Shown: in pieces, positions 24,996 through 35,460 of the stretch
How positions within the stretch are numbered: position 1 is the stretch's first letter
How the letters are laid out: the number at the start of each line of letters is the position of its first letter
Assembly: GCA_028534125.1 (NCBI GenBank)
Contig: CM052819.1
Coordinates: forward strand, 97,278,001 to 97,342,000
Reading direction: 5' to 3'
Length of the DNA stretch: 64,000 nt
Source of the DNA: Lama glama
Lineage: Eukaryota
The notes under the pieces: generated by a model
Databases searched by the model: none
What the model was told of the DNA's origin: nothing
What the model saw: only the letters and a program-made list of their open reading frames with translations
Translations under genes and position numbers: made by a program

Positions 24996-25934
24996 CTCAC
25001 CAAACCCTAACTGAGACATAATCAATACATGTAAATAAGATTCAAGTAAATCCCAGTACAGCACTCCATGGAATGTTAAACACTTGTTAAAACAGATGTT
25101 TACAAAGTACTTAAGGACATTTGTAACACAACCATTTTTCCCATGAAATGGGGGGAAATGTCAAGCTAGAATTTAAATTTATCTTTTATTCATTCTATAT
25201 AAAATAAACACAAGACAAAGAGGGGGAAAAGACGACATCAAATTACAACTGAAAGGTAAACAACAGTTTGATCTAGGTTGAGCTAGGAGTTCGTTTTTGT
25301 TTCTTCCAGTATTTTCTAATTTTTAAATTTTCTATATGTTTTCTGTGTCTTTTTAAGAATTAAAATTGTTTAAAATTAGAAACAGTCTTTTCAACAAATG
25401 GTGCTGGAACAACTGGACATCCACAGGTAAAAAGAAGAATCTAGACACAGACTTTAGGCCCTTTATAAAAATAGACTCAACATGGATCATAGACCTGCAT
25501 GTAAAATGTAAAATCAGAAAACTAACAAACAAAACTATAAAAGATAATGTAGAAGCAAACCTAGATGACCTGGGATGTGGCAAGGACTTTTTAGATATAA
25601 CACCAGAAGCATGATCCATGAAAGATATAATTGATAAGCTGGACTTCATTAAAATTTACAACTTCTGCTCTGCAAAGACAATCTGAAGGGAATGAGAAGA
25701 CAAGTCACAAGCTAGAAGACACCTGATAAAGGACTGTTATCTAAAATACACAAAGAACTCTTAAAACTCAATGACAAGAACACAAACAACCCAGTTAAAA
25801 AATGCATCAAAGACCTTCACAGACACCTCACCAAAGAAGACACGCAGATGGTAAATAAGCAGAGAAAGGCAAACTAAAACAATGAGATACCACTACCTAT
25901 CTGAATGGCCAAAATCCAGAACACTGACGACACC

Positions 25935-26127
25935 NNNNNNNNNNNNNNNNNNNNNNNNNNNNNNNNNNNNNNNNNNNNNNNNNNNNNNNNNNNNNNNNNN
26001 NNNNNNNNNNNNNNNNNNNNNNNNNNNNNNNNNNNNNNNNNNNNNNNNNNNNNNNNNNNNNNNNNNNNNNNNNNNNNNNNNNNNNNNNNNNNNNNNNNNN
26101 NNNNNNNNNNNNNNNNNNNNNNNNNNN
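25935..26127. other. Assembly gap (193 N)
   Basis: Run of N within the L1. Confidence 0.99.
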
Positions 26128-26242
26128 GTACTCAGATATCAACAGCAGTTTTATACATAACTGCCAAAGCTAAGAAGCAACCAAGATATCCTATCCAAGT
26201 AGGTGAATCGATAAATACACTGTGGTAACCTTAGACAATGGA

Positions 26243-26397
26243 NNNNNNNNNNNNNNNNNNNNNNNNNNNNNNNNNNNNNNNNNNNNNNNNNNNNNNNNNN
26301 NNNNNNNNNNNNNNNNNNNNNNNNNNNNNNNNNNNNNNNNNNNNNNNNNNNNNNNNNNNNNNNNNNNNNNNNNNNNNNNNNNNNNNNNNNNNNNNNN
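26243..26397. other. Assembly gap (155 N)
   Basis: Run of N within the L1. Confidence 0.99.
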
Positions 26398-27334
26398 AGA
26401 AAGTAAAAGAATCACTGGTGGCCAGGAGTTTGCGGGAGGGAGCTGGATAATCAGGTGGAGCACAGAGGATTTTTAGGGCAGCGAAACTATACTGTATGAT
26501 AATTACAATGGTAAATACATGTCATTATAAATTTGTCCAAACCCGTAAAATGTACAAGACCAAGAGTGAACCCCAATGTAAACTATGGGCTTTAGAGGAT
26601 AATGATGTGTCAGTGCAGGGTCACCAACTGCAACAAGTATTACCACTCTGGTTGTGAATGTTGATGAAGGGGGAGGGTATGCACGTGTGGAGGCAAGGGG
26701 TAGATGGGAAATCTCTACACCTTCTGCTCAATATCATGGTAAACCTAAAACTGCTGTAAAAAAAATAGTCTATTAAATTGTTTTAATTCTTTAAGAATTA
26801 TTATAAATAGTAAAAATTAAACTCTGAATTCTTTATTTTTCCTCCTTCACTCTCAGCTTAGGTTTTCAATACATCACAAAGACTTTTTGCTAATTTAAGA
26901 AAGCCTCTGTCTTTTTTGTGTACATCCAACAGAATTGCAAATTCAATATTATTTCACTTCACTGCTGAAAAACCATTCAGTTTTTTTCCAGGAGAAAAGC
27001 CAAACTTTTCAGCAGGATCGGGCCACTGATCTTGCCAGCTTAGCTCCTCTTATGACCCCGTGATAGGAATAATAGTAAAAATCACAACGTAATGACAATA
27101 ATGATCATGACCCCCAGAGGTGACCAAGTCCTTTGATTGCTCTGTACTTTGCACGTGGTTCTCTTGACTTGAAAATGCTCTCCTTCTCGTCCATATTCAC
27201 CTGAAGAAAAACCACTCACCAATTAAGACTTAACTTGAACTTCATTCATCTGACGACCTACCTGACTCTTCAAAGGCATCAACCTCACCTCCCCACGACA
27301 GACTCAACATGCATTCAGTGGCTCCGACCAGACT

Positions 27335-27510
27335 GTATTGAAAGAGTCTCTCTCCAGCTGGAGGGCTTGTTAAAATTCACATTGTGGGCCCAACCCTTAC
27401 AGTGTCCAATTCAGTAGGTCTGGGATAGGACCCAGGAATGTACATCCCAACAGTTTCCCAGCTGGTGTTGATGTTGGTGGTCTGGGAACAACAGTGTGAG
27501 AACGGCTGAG
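27335..27510. mobile_element. MER5A-like DNA transposon
   Basis: ctggagggcttgttaaaa...attcagtaggtctgggataggacccaggaat...tggtctgggaacaacagtgtgagaac. Confidence 0.8.
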
Positions 27511-28020
27511 CTGGGACGGAGACCTTTGGGGGTGCAAGCTATGTTTAATTCATTCTTGCATCTCAAAGGCCCAAGAACAGTGCCTGGCACTTAACAGGTG
27601 TTCAGGATTGCTTAGATATATTTTTATTTATTTTACTTTTTAAATAAAGAAAGTCCTTTCCCCCACATGTGGCTAACCTCCCTAGAATGCAGTGAAACAT
27701 GATGTGCAGAGTTACCTGGAATCTGACAACTATTTTCCTGTTTATACCTCTGTGAAATCTGGAAACCTTCATAAATATGGGGTGAAAATGTCAAAAATCC
27801 AAGATCCCCTGCCACACGCACGCGCGCACATACACACTCTTTGTGGAAAGCTCTCCACACTTTACATAATCATTGTCATTTCTCTGTTGCTCCAGGCAAC
27901 AAGAAATAAAGCCAGAAACAGGAGGAGACGGACAGAGAATTCTTGGCTGCTCTTTTGCTCCCAACTTCTCAGTGGTAAAAGCCTACATCATTTTATTTTC
28001 CCAAATGCCCTTCAGGGTTG

Positions 28021-28167
28021 TTTTGTTTTGTTTTGGTTTGTTGGTTTGTTTGTTTTAATGGGGGGGGGTAATTAGGTTTATTATCGTTTAGAGGAGGTAC
28101 TGGGGATTGAACCTGGGGCCTCGTGCATGCTAAGCATGCTCTCTACCACTTGAGCTGTACCCTCCCC
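28021..28167 (-). mobile_element. Camelid Vic-1-like SINE
   Basis: gaggtactggggattgaacctggggcctcgtgcatgctaagcatgctctctaccacttgagctgtaccctcccc; TSD tgcccttcag.. near 28006 and 28172. Confidence 0.92.
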
Positions 28168-29649
28168 ACTGTGCCCTTCAGCGTGGTTACTGCCACCCCT
28201 CCTCTCCCACCTGCACAATGACAAGGAGGACTGGCAGTACTAAACCCAGGAGCAGGACCCAGGCAATCTGACCTTCAGGTTTAGACATGACCTTCCTGGT
28301 CACAGCGACCATCACCTTCCCAGACGCAGCCTCAGGCCAGGCTGTGAGAGAGTTAGAGGCATTCAGATCAGAGGAGAAGCAATTCCATGTGTAAAGGCTG
28401 GGAAGATGTCCCAACATGCGCGTTTTGGGAGGGGAGGGGACAGGGAGGAGGATTCTCCAGGGAAAAAATGGAGGCAAATACACAGTGGTGTTACAATACA
28501 CAGCATGTCCCAGCAACGGCAAGAGCCCTACTGCCAAACATAACGCCCCTGGGATGGAGACAGAAGTGGGAGAGAATTCGGGGCCTTGAACACCACATCA
28601 CCGAGATTGGTCTGTAATGCGTAGGCAGTAACTCCTGTCACAAGGGAGCAACAGTGATCAGCCTGACATGCTGGGAAGGGACGCTGGTGGCAGAATGGAC
28701 GATAAGGAGGCGCTGGGGGAGACGTGCTGTGTTTTACTGATACTCAGAGAAATGCCAGGTGAACCCGCAAAGGAAACATGAAACAAACCAAAATTCATGT
28801 GGGCATCTCGATCCAACAGTGAAGTAAAGGCCTTCTATGTTCTCCTTCCATTCTCTCTCTCACCTCATTTCAAAAACGACTTCAGGCAGGTAAATAAGTA
28901 ATTGAAGCAATAAGTACCGGCGAAATTGGAAGCCAGACCTCTTCAGAGCAAGGGAGTCAGGCAAGTGTTCGGAGATTTGATCTTAAATTAAAGATTAAAA
29001 GGTACGAAAGACTTCACCGGGATGAACGGTGCCATTTATAGCTACTGGTACCACGAGGGGCTTTGCAGAAGAGTTCAGTTTACCACCGTGCTCTTCAAAA
29101 GCCACAATCTTCCGAAATGCACCTTAATCCCAAATTAACAGCATTCCGGTGATTAGACGGGGCAAACCGGGTAGAAAGAGAAAGAAAACACACGATCGGT
29201 TATGTCATTTGTGAATACAACCTCTGCAAACAGATCAAGTACTTCAATATCTATTTCAACTGCAATTATGTTGTACAATCCACACTTTTAGTCCAAGGTG
29301 GCAGCAATACCCACCAAACCTGGGAAATGCAAGCCTTTCTTTAAGAACAATTTCTTTAAACATATGAATAAGAGGCAGCAAATTTGAAAAATGGGATCAA
29401 TCCCCTGATGGCTGAGAAGAGAGGTCTTAATTATGCTTTGAGATGAAGGTGATAATTGACTTATATGCTGATCTATCATAACTCCAAGCTCATACACAGA
29501 AACAATTATCAAAAAGACTGTCAGGTAACACGGTATTCCACGTGAATTTACTGTGTAACTGAAGCTTAATATTTCTGAAAGTTCAAAATTTTTTTTAATT
29601 TCTTAAAGTCTATTTTGAAAGGGAACGTAACGCACTGTTAAATATATTG

Positions 29650-29880
29650 CGGAACTTCGATATCCAGCCAAGATGAAGTAACAGGAGCCAGATTTATACA
29701 CCCAACTGAAACAATTTTTAGAAACGGACAAAATACACGAAACAATGGTTCTCAGACACTGAACGGCAGAAACACAGGACAGTGACCTCTAACAGACTGG
29801 ATACAAAGGAGGTGAGCCCTATGATGGCCAGCAGAGGGAACCCAAAGGAGCCCTAAGGTCTCCCAGGGAGGAGGAGGGGA
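29650..29880 (+). mobile_element. Ancient L1 5' UTR fragment (L1MC/MD/ME-type)
   Basis: ccagccaagatgaagtaacaggagccagattta...ggacaaaatacacgaaacaatggttctcagacactg...gaggtgagccctatga. Confidence 0.65.
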
Positions 29881-30981
29881 GCTGAAACAGATTACATGCT
29901 GCCCTGCCATTTGAAACGAACATGGCAAAGAATTCACTGAATGCAGAGCCATTCATTTCCTGATGACAAATGGTGACCTGTTTTTCTGTTATGCTCTAAT
30001 ACTGTGAAGACCACAGTTGGGAGCTGGAAAGATTTCTTCTCAACACTGCTAAAGTCTTTCAGTTCAGGCGTGTGCCTATAATGACTTTGGATTTCCTCCC
30101 TTCCTAACAGGTGGTTACCACCCCTAACATCAGCCCTCAGATGATGTACTTCCATCGTGGTTACAGTGTCTCCATTCTTCTGATTCCCAAACTCCCCAGC
30201 ACCCGAGGGAGACGGCGCAGTAGGCTCGTTCCAGATCCGCAGCGACTCTCCAGAAGGAAGCCAAGAGCACTGGTGCCGGGGCTGTTGAGGCATCTGTGTT
30301 AACAGCTTGACCTCTCAGATTGTCTGCGTTCTTCTGGGGAGTAGAGTTTGCCGGGCACACAGTAGGCACACGATGAACAACTACTGAATTCATTAATTCA
30401 TCAGTTGGGGAATGAATAACATATGGTTAAAATCTCAGGCAGCATGTATCTACCTCCTTTTCTAAATTCATAATCTATTCACGTTTGGATCAACCTAAAC
30501 AGACCAGTAAGACGATCTTTGGGACTGAGCAGATGAATTCTTCACTTTCTCACTAAGTGCGAGCCCAACGTTCACACCAAGAATTTTTGGGCCCCACTAC
30601 CTGTACTGAAGCTATTTTTAGAGGAACAGTGGAATCTATGTTCCACAGCAGCAATTTCAGACTTCAAACAGTCTTCATGTCTAAAACCAATACCCAACTT
30701 CATTCAAGTTAGCCTTTGAAAGGCTCTTAGTCCTAGAGTTTAAAGCAACAAGGGTAACACAACAAGGTTTGAAAAGGCTTGTTTTATGGACCTAGGAATA
30801 TAAAGTTACTCTGAAGATATGTGCTTCTAAGCCACAAAATGCCTTTCCAAGTAATACAAACAAAATTGTAATTAATTTATGGAAAATGATCGATCTGACT
30901 GTCATATAAAAAGGACCAGTAGGAAGGGGGAAAAAAAAGCCCTGAGTCACACACTTCTGCTACCTGTAGCATTTTAATGAC

Positions 30982-31268
30982 TTTTTTTTTAATTCTTACT
31001 TTTTATTGAAGTGTAGTCAACTTATAACATTAATTTCAGGTGTATAGCAAAGCAGTGATACATATACATACATATCTTTTTCAGATTCTTTTCCATTACA
31101 GCTCATTACAAGAAACTAAATACAGTTTCCTGTGCTATATAGTAGGTCTTTGTTGTTTATCTATTTTATGTATAGTATTTGTATCTATTAATCCCAAATT
31201 CCTAATCTATCTCTCCCTCCACCCTCACCCCGTTACCCCTTGGTACCCAGAGGTTGTTTTCTATGTAT
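30982..31268 (-). mobile_element. L1 3' end (cetartiodactyl type)
   Basis: tttttattgaagtgtagtcaac...atttcaggtgtatagcaaagc...gtttcctgtgctatatagtaggtc. Confidence 0.9.
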
Positions 31269-31419
31269 AATGATGTTATTACAAAGCATAATAATAACTT
31301 TCATTCACATCACAATTTACAGATTACAGGACAGAACTGACCAACAATTCCCATTCACCTTTCAGGAAGCAATTTTAAAACTGGTCTGTTGTTTCTCAGC
31401 CCACCTTTGCCTTATAAAC

Positions 31420-31645
31420 TCCTACCCTGCCATCAAGATCCTTCTCACATGCCACCTTCTCAGTGAAGCCTTCCTTCATATCCATAAAGAAACCTGCCTA
31501 CTCTGCCCTCTGTCGTCCCACAGAACTCGATTCCCATCCCTACCTCAGCCCCTACTCCCCTAGTGGGCTGTATCCATTCATTTATCGGCCTGTGATGTAT
31601 CCAGCACTGTCTCTGGCAGATAGCAGCCACCTGATAAATGACTCT
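31420..31645 (+). mobile_element. L2 fragment
   Basis: gccaccttctcagtgaagccttcc...ccagcactgtctctggcagatagcagccacctgataaatg. Confidence 0.55.
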
Positions 31646-32413
31646 TGTCCCAAAAGATATATGCATTTCTTTTAAACACAGAGACGTCATCACTTGTAGC
31701 TAACTCTAAAATATTTACTTTTTTTCTCATCTCAACAGCAACCTGTCTTCTTTAAAGAAAATCTGGAAAATATATTAAAGTATAGAGAAAACATTCCTTC
31801 ACTGTTGAAACTGTAAGCCTGCTAGTCCATTTTTAGTGAACAGACAAGTTAAGATCATATTATATATACAGTTATTTATCTAACATATTTGATGCAGTGT
31901 GTCCTAAAAATGTTCCCATGTCATTTTTTAAATATTCAAATTACGTTATATGGATATGCCATCATGTAACCATTTCTTGGTTTGGGGACAGTTAGATTGC
32001 TTCCAATAGCTTGGAATGGACCTTATGTGGATAGATCTTTGTCCAAATCTCAGGCTGCTTTGTTAAGAAATGATCAGCCTTTTGAAAGTGAATACGCAGG
32101 TGCTTATGAGTTGATCAGTTTCCCTTACCAGCTACTCTTTACTAACTCCTTAAACACCAGACAACCAAAGGGTCCAAGAAGTGACCATGTTACCAAATGA
32201 CGCATACGTGAATTGACACTCTAAGTTGTGTTTCTCAAACAGGGCACTGCAGGAATGAACAGATCTGTGCACAGACCTACCTTCAGCTTATGCATGGAGC
32301 TATAAATGCTTTCTCTCCTTTCTTCCAGACATCTTGGTCTCTCTCCCAAGCCCTCTTCTGTATCCAACTCCTTACTCCTGATTAGCCATTCAGAAGCCCT
32401 CTGAAAATCAACT

Positions 32414-32627
32414 CAGGGCTTTGTCACCCTGGCACTGTTGGCACTTGAAGCTAGCTAATTCTCTGTCATGAGGGGTTCAGTGCACTGCTGGGATGTTTAG
32501 CAGTATCCCTTGCCCCTAATCACTGGATGCTGGTAGAAAACCCTGCAGCTGTGACAACCAAGAATAACCCCAGATGTTGCCAGATGTCTCCTGGAGGGCA
32601 ACTTTATCCCCAGCTGAGAACTACTGA
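32414..32627. mobile_element. MER20 hAT-Charlie DNA transposon
   Basis: ggcactgttggcacttg...ggatgtttagcagtatccct...gtgacaaccaagaat...ccagatgttgccagatgtc...gctgagaactactg. Confidence 0.88.
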
Positions 32628-34399
32628 TCTAAATTAATCATCTAGTTATTTGATAATAAAGGCAGGTATACTGTCAAGCATGGTTGAGAACTGAGTTACA
32701 GCTAACATGCTAACTGTGATCAACTGGTAGTGTTCACCTGTAGATGGTTAGTGATGTCTGCTGTGGATTAGGAAAGGGTAGTTTGCCATCTCCACTAACC
32801 CACCAGAAGCCGCTGGACAAGAAGAAGGGGTCAGCACAACCCTTAAAACTGGACTTGGTTGCAAAGAGACCAATGCCATCTTCCCTTGACTCCATAAGAA
32901 CAACAGAAACCTTAAAAGCGTTCTTTGCTTTCAAGTGCATCTGACTGGTAACATTCTACAAAATGATCCCTGAAAGAACATACAGTTGGCCAGTCATTAG
33001 TATTTATAAGCTTCCTATAGTATCTGAGCATGCTGTACACCATCAAAGGCTGGTAAAAGATAGAGCTGACTTTACCCACAGCCTCCAAAACCTGGAAGTA
33101 TTGAATACTAACCCAGAAACCATAATTTTCATGAAAGGAAATGGAACCACTGTCTTCTATACCATGTAATCTATATGTAAAAAGAAAGAGACGGCTCTCT
33201 CCAAAAACCACTGGTTGTCCGAGAATATGATGGTTAATGTAAAACAAATCAGACTGAGAAGGAACAAAGCCATGGGTTACTTATGCTTCTGATTATCAAC
33301 AAGGTCTTGATGACCCACAATCTAACCTCACACGATCACCAAACCTCTGGGGGCCTCAGCCTCAGTTTCCTTCATCTGGTGAGAAAACCTTCTGTGGTCA
33401 GGATGAGGAAACAAGCTAATAACAAAGGCCTCATACAGTAAGTATCCTACTTTAGTTAATATTACTTAGAATATTAAACTCATTCTAGAAAAGTAGCCAC
33501 TAGCCTCTGTCACATCTGCCAGTAGCTTAGCAACTGATGGTTTTCAGAAACTGGAAACCCAAAAAAGTCTCATTCAAAGCTTCTGTATTCACAATCTAGT
33601 TTCGCCTTACAACTGCAATTTGCTCAAACCGTATCTCATGCAGATCACAGATCCAAATATTTCTTCTTACTCCACTAACTTGATGGAGTTCGGGAAAACT
33701 GACCACTACACTGTCCTTCCCCAGCCACGTGTCTGCTTTTAGCATCACTCCTGACACAAAATAAACCAAAATCGTTGGTCTTTTTAAAGATCACAACATA
33801 AATGACCAAGTCAGATACGATCAGAGGGTTCATGGTCCCAGATCAATGATTCTAAGCAGAAGAGATCAGGAAAATCCTCATGTCTTCAGTGAGTTTACAG
33901 AGACAAATAAAAGATGCAAACCATCCACTATAGTTGGTTGCTAAGGGAAATAAGCCTATTTCCTGTGCTCTTCCCTCTGGTACCCAGCACCTCATTATAT
34001 AATGAGGCACCACCGTAAGGTAATATCCTGATGTGTTCCCAAAGCAGAAGAGCTGCAGCAAGATGACCATGGGCAATGGGAATAAGAGATGGTAACACTG
34101 ACCTTTTAATCAGCTGATCCGAACAGGTCAACATGCAATTCCAAACCTAGAATATGGACAGAAAAATCTAGTATGATTTTGTTTGTCCAGCTTCCATTTT
34201 TACTTTGGAAGGACCTGCTTGCATTTCTTCCCATGTAAAAAGTCCCAGCACCACAGAAGCACGGAACATAGGGAGTGGAAAACACTTGGCAATAATTATG
34301 TACAGCACTTCTCAAAGTGTGATCCAAGTATCTCCCTACATCAGAATGACATGTGATATCTGTTTAAAATGTAGGTTCATGGGTTGGTTTTCAATTTAT

Positions 34400-34640
34400 T
34401 TCAATTTTCCTCTGGCCTATATTTCCCAGGCTCCTTTGAAGAGAAATGTGACCATATGACTTGATTCTAGCCAATGGAATATGAGAGGAAGAGATGTGCC
34501 CTCCTTCATACAAGCCTTCAGACTCTTTCCTTTTCCATGACTTGACTTGATGGTGACTGTGGAAGGCACATGTTACAGATGGCAGAGCCACAATATGGAA
34601 GGAGCCTGGGTCCAAGCTAATGCACAGAGTCCCAACTCAG
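34400..34640. mobile_element. MLT1J-like MaLR LTR fragment
   Basis: gccaatggaatatgagaggaagagatg...gatggcagagccacaatatggaaggagcctgggtcc. Confidence 0.65.
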
Positions 34641-34667
34641 ACATTAACAAGTAAGAATCTAGAGTCT

Positions 34668-35160
34668 TGCTAAAGAAAGTTATTCTGACACTTGTTACAG
34701 CAATAAGGAAGACTTTACTCAAGACTATTGTAATAAGGGTATTGTAATAGAGGACAGAGATTAAGCTCAACTCTGAGTACAACGACAAGTGGGGATGTAC
34801 AGCCAAGGAGCGGGGTGAGGGCGTCACAGTGGATATAAAATTACTAAGGGAAAACGTCAAGAGTAGGGGGGTTAAAATTCATAGATAGATAGATAGCTAG
34901 ATAGATCGATCGATCAGAGTAGGGGGATTCTCGCTAAACTTGCCTAACAGGATTCTTGCTAAAGACAGGCCCAGGATATAGACATAAAAGGCAGAGGATA
35001 AGGAATCTGACCAGATATCAAGAGTGATCAGACATCAAGGATGGGAAATACTGTAGCAGGATTCTTTGCTAAGACTGGGTTGGGCGGGCCAAAAGGAGAA
35101 CCAACAAGGCCAAGGTTAAGGCCTAGTTGAAAACAGGGCTCAGAGGAGCTTGACTGTAAC
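34668..35160 (-). mobile_element. MER31/MER67-like ERV1 solo LTR
   Basis: taaagaaagttattctgacacttgtt...ggaagactttactcaagac...ctcaactctgagtaca...aaaattactaag...aacaggattcttgctaaag...gggctcagaggagcttgact. Confidence 0.8.
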
Positions 35161-35438
35161 AACCTCATTAAGAGTTATGCAGGAAAATAGGCCAGAGGAG
35201 AGGTACCCTATGCCAGGCCATCCAAGTAAATACTGAAAACAGCCAGGACTAGAAGTCCCCAGAGATCAGTCAGGTTTTTTTTACCAGTGTTTCAATAAGC
35301 CAATAAGTAAATACCAAATTCAAATATATCTCTATACATACACGTTATCCAGGATTAAAAGTAACTTTTAACAACCTTGGAGCAATCTAGGCAGAAAGCA
35401 TCCCTGCCTAAAAAAATAGAAAAAGTGAGAGCGCTTAC

Positions 35439-35460
35439 CTTTCATTTCACAGCTCTAGCT
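35439..35460 (-). other. Candidate 22-nt microexon containing ATG (AGCTAGAGCTGTGAAATGAAAG)
   Basis: On the - strand: ggtaac branch-point-like motif, then cattccttcccgtcctgcctttctttgtctttcag | exon | gtaagc. Both sites are near consensus and lie outside recognisable repeats. Confidence 0.5.

Larger units (their letters stand above)
25375..26775 (+). mobile_element. L1MC1/2-like element (ORF2 C-terminal remnant plus 3' UTR), containing two gaps
   Basis: ORF 25366-25614 reads NSLFNKWCWNNWTSTGKKKNLD...WIIDLHVK...GKDFLDITP (L1 ORF2p C-terminal region); 3' UTR gtgaaccccaatgtaaactatgg...gggaaatctctacaccttctgctcaa. Confidence 0.92.

Noticed and set aside
25366-25614. ORF with a KWCWNNW motif as a functional gene
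   Set aside because: It is a decayed L1 ORF2 C-terminal fragment with stops and frameshifts on either side.
32734-33247. Overlapping minus-strand ORFs as an exon or processed pseudogene
   Set aside because: There is no continuous frame, no recognisable homology, and no poly-A/TSD signature.
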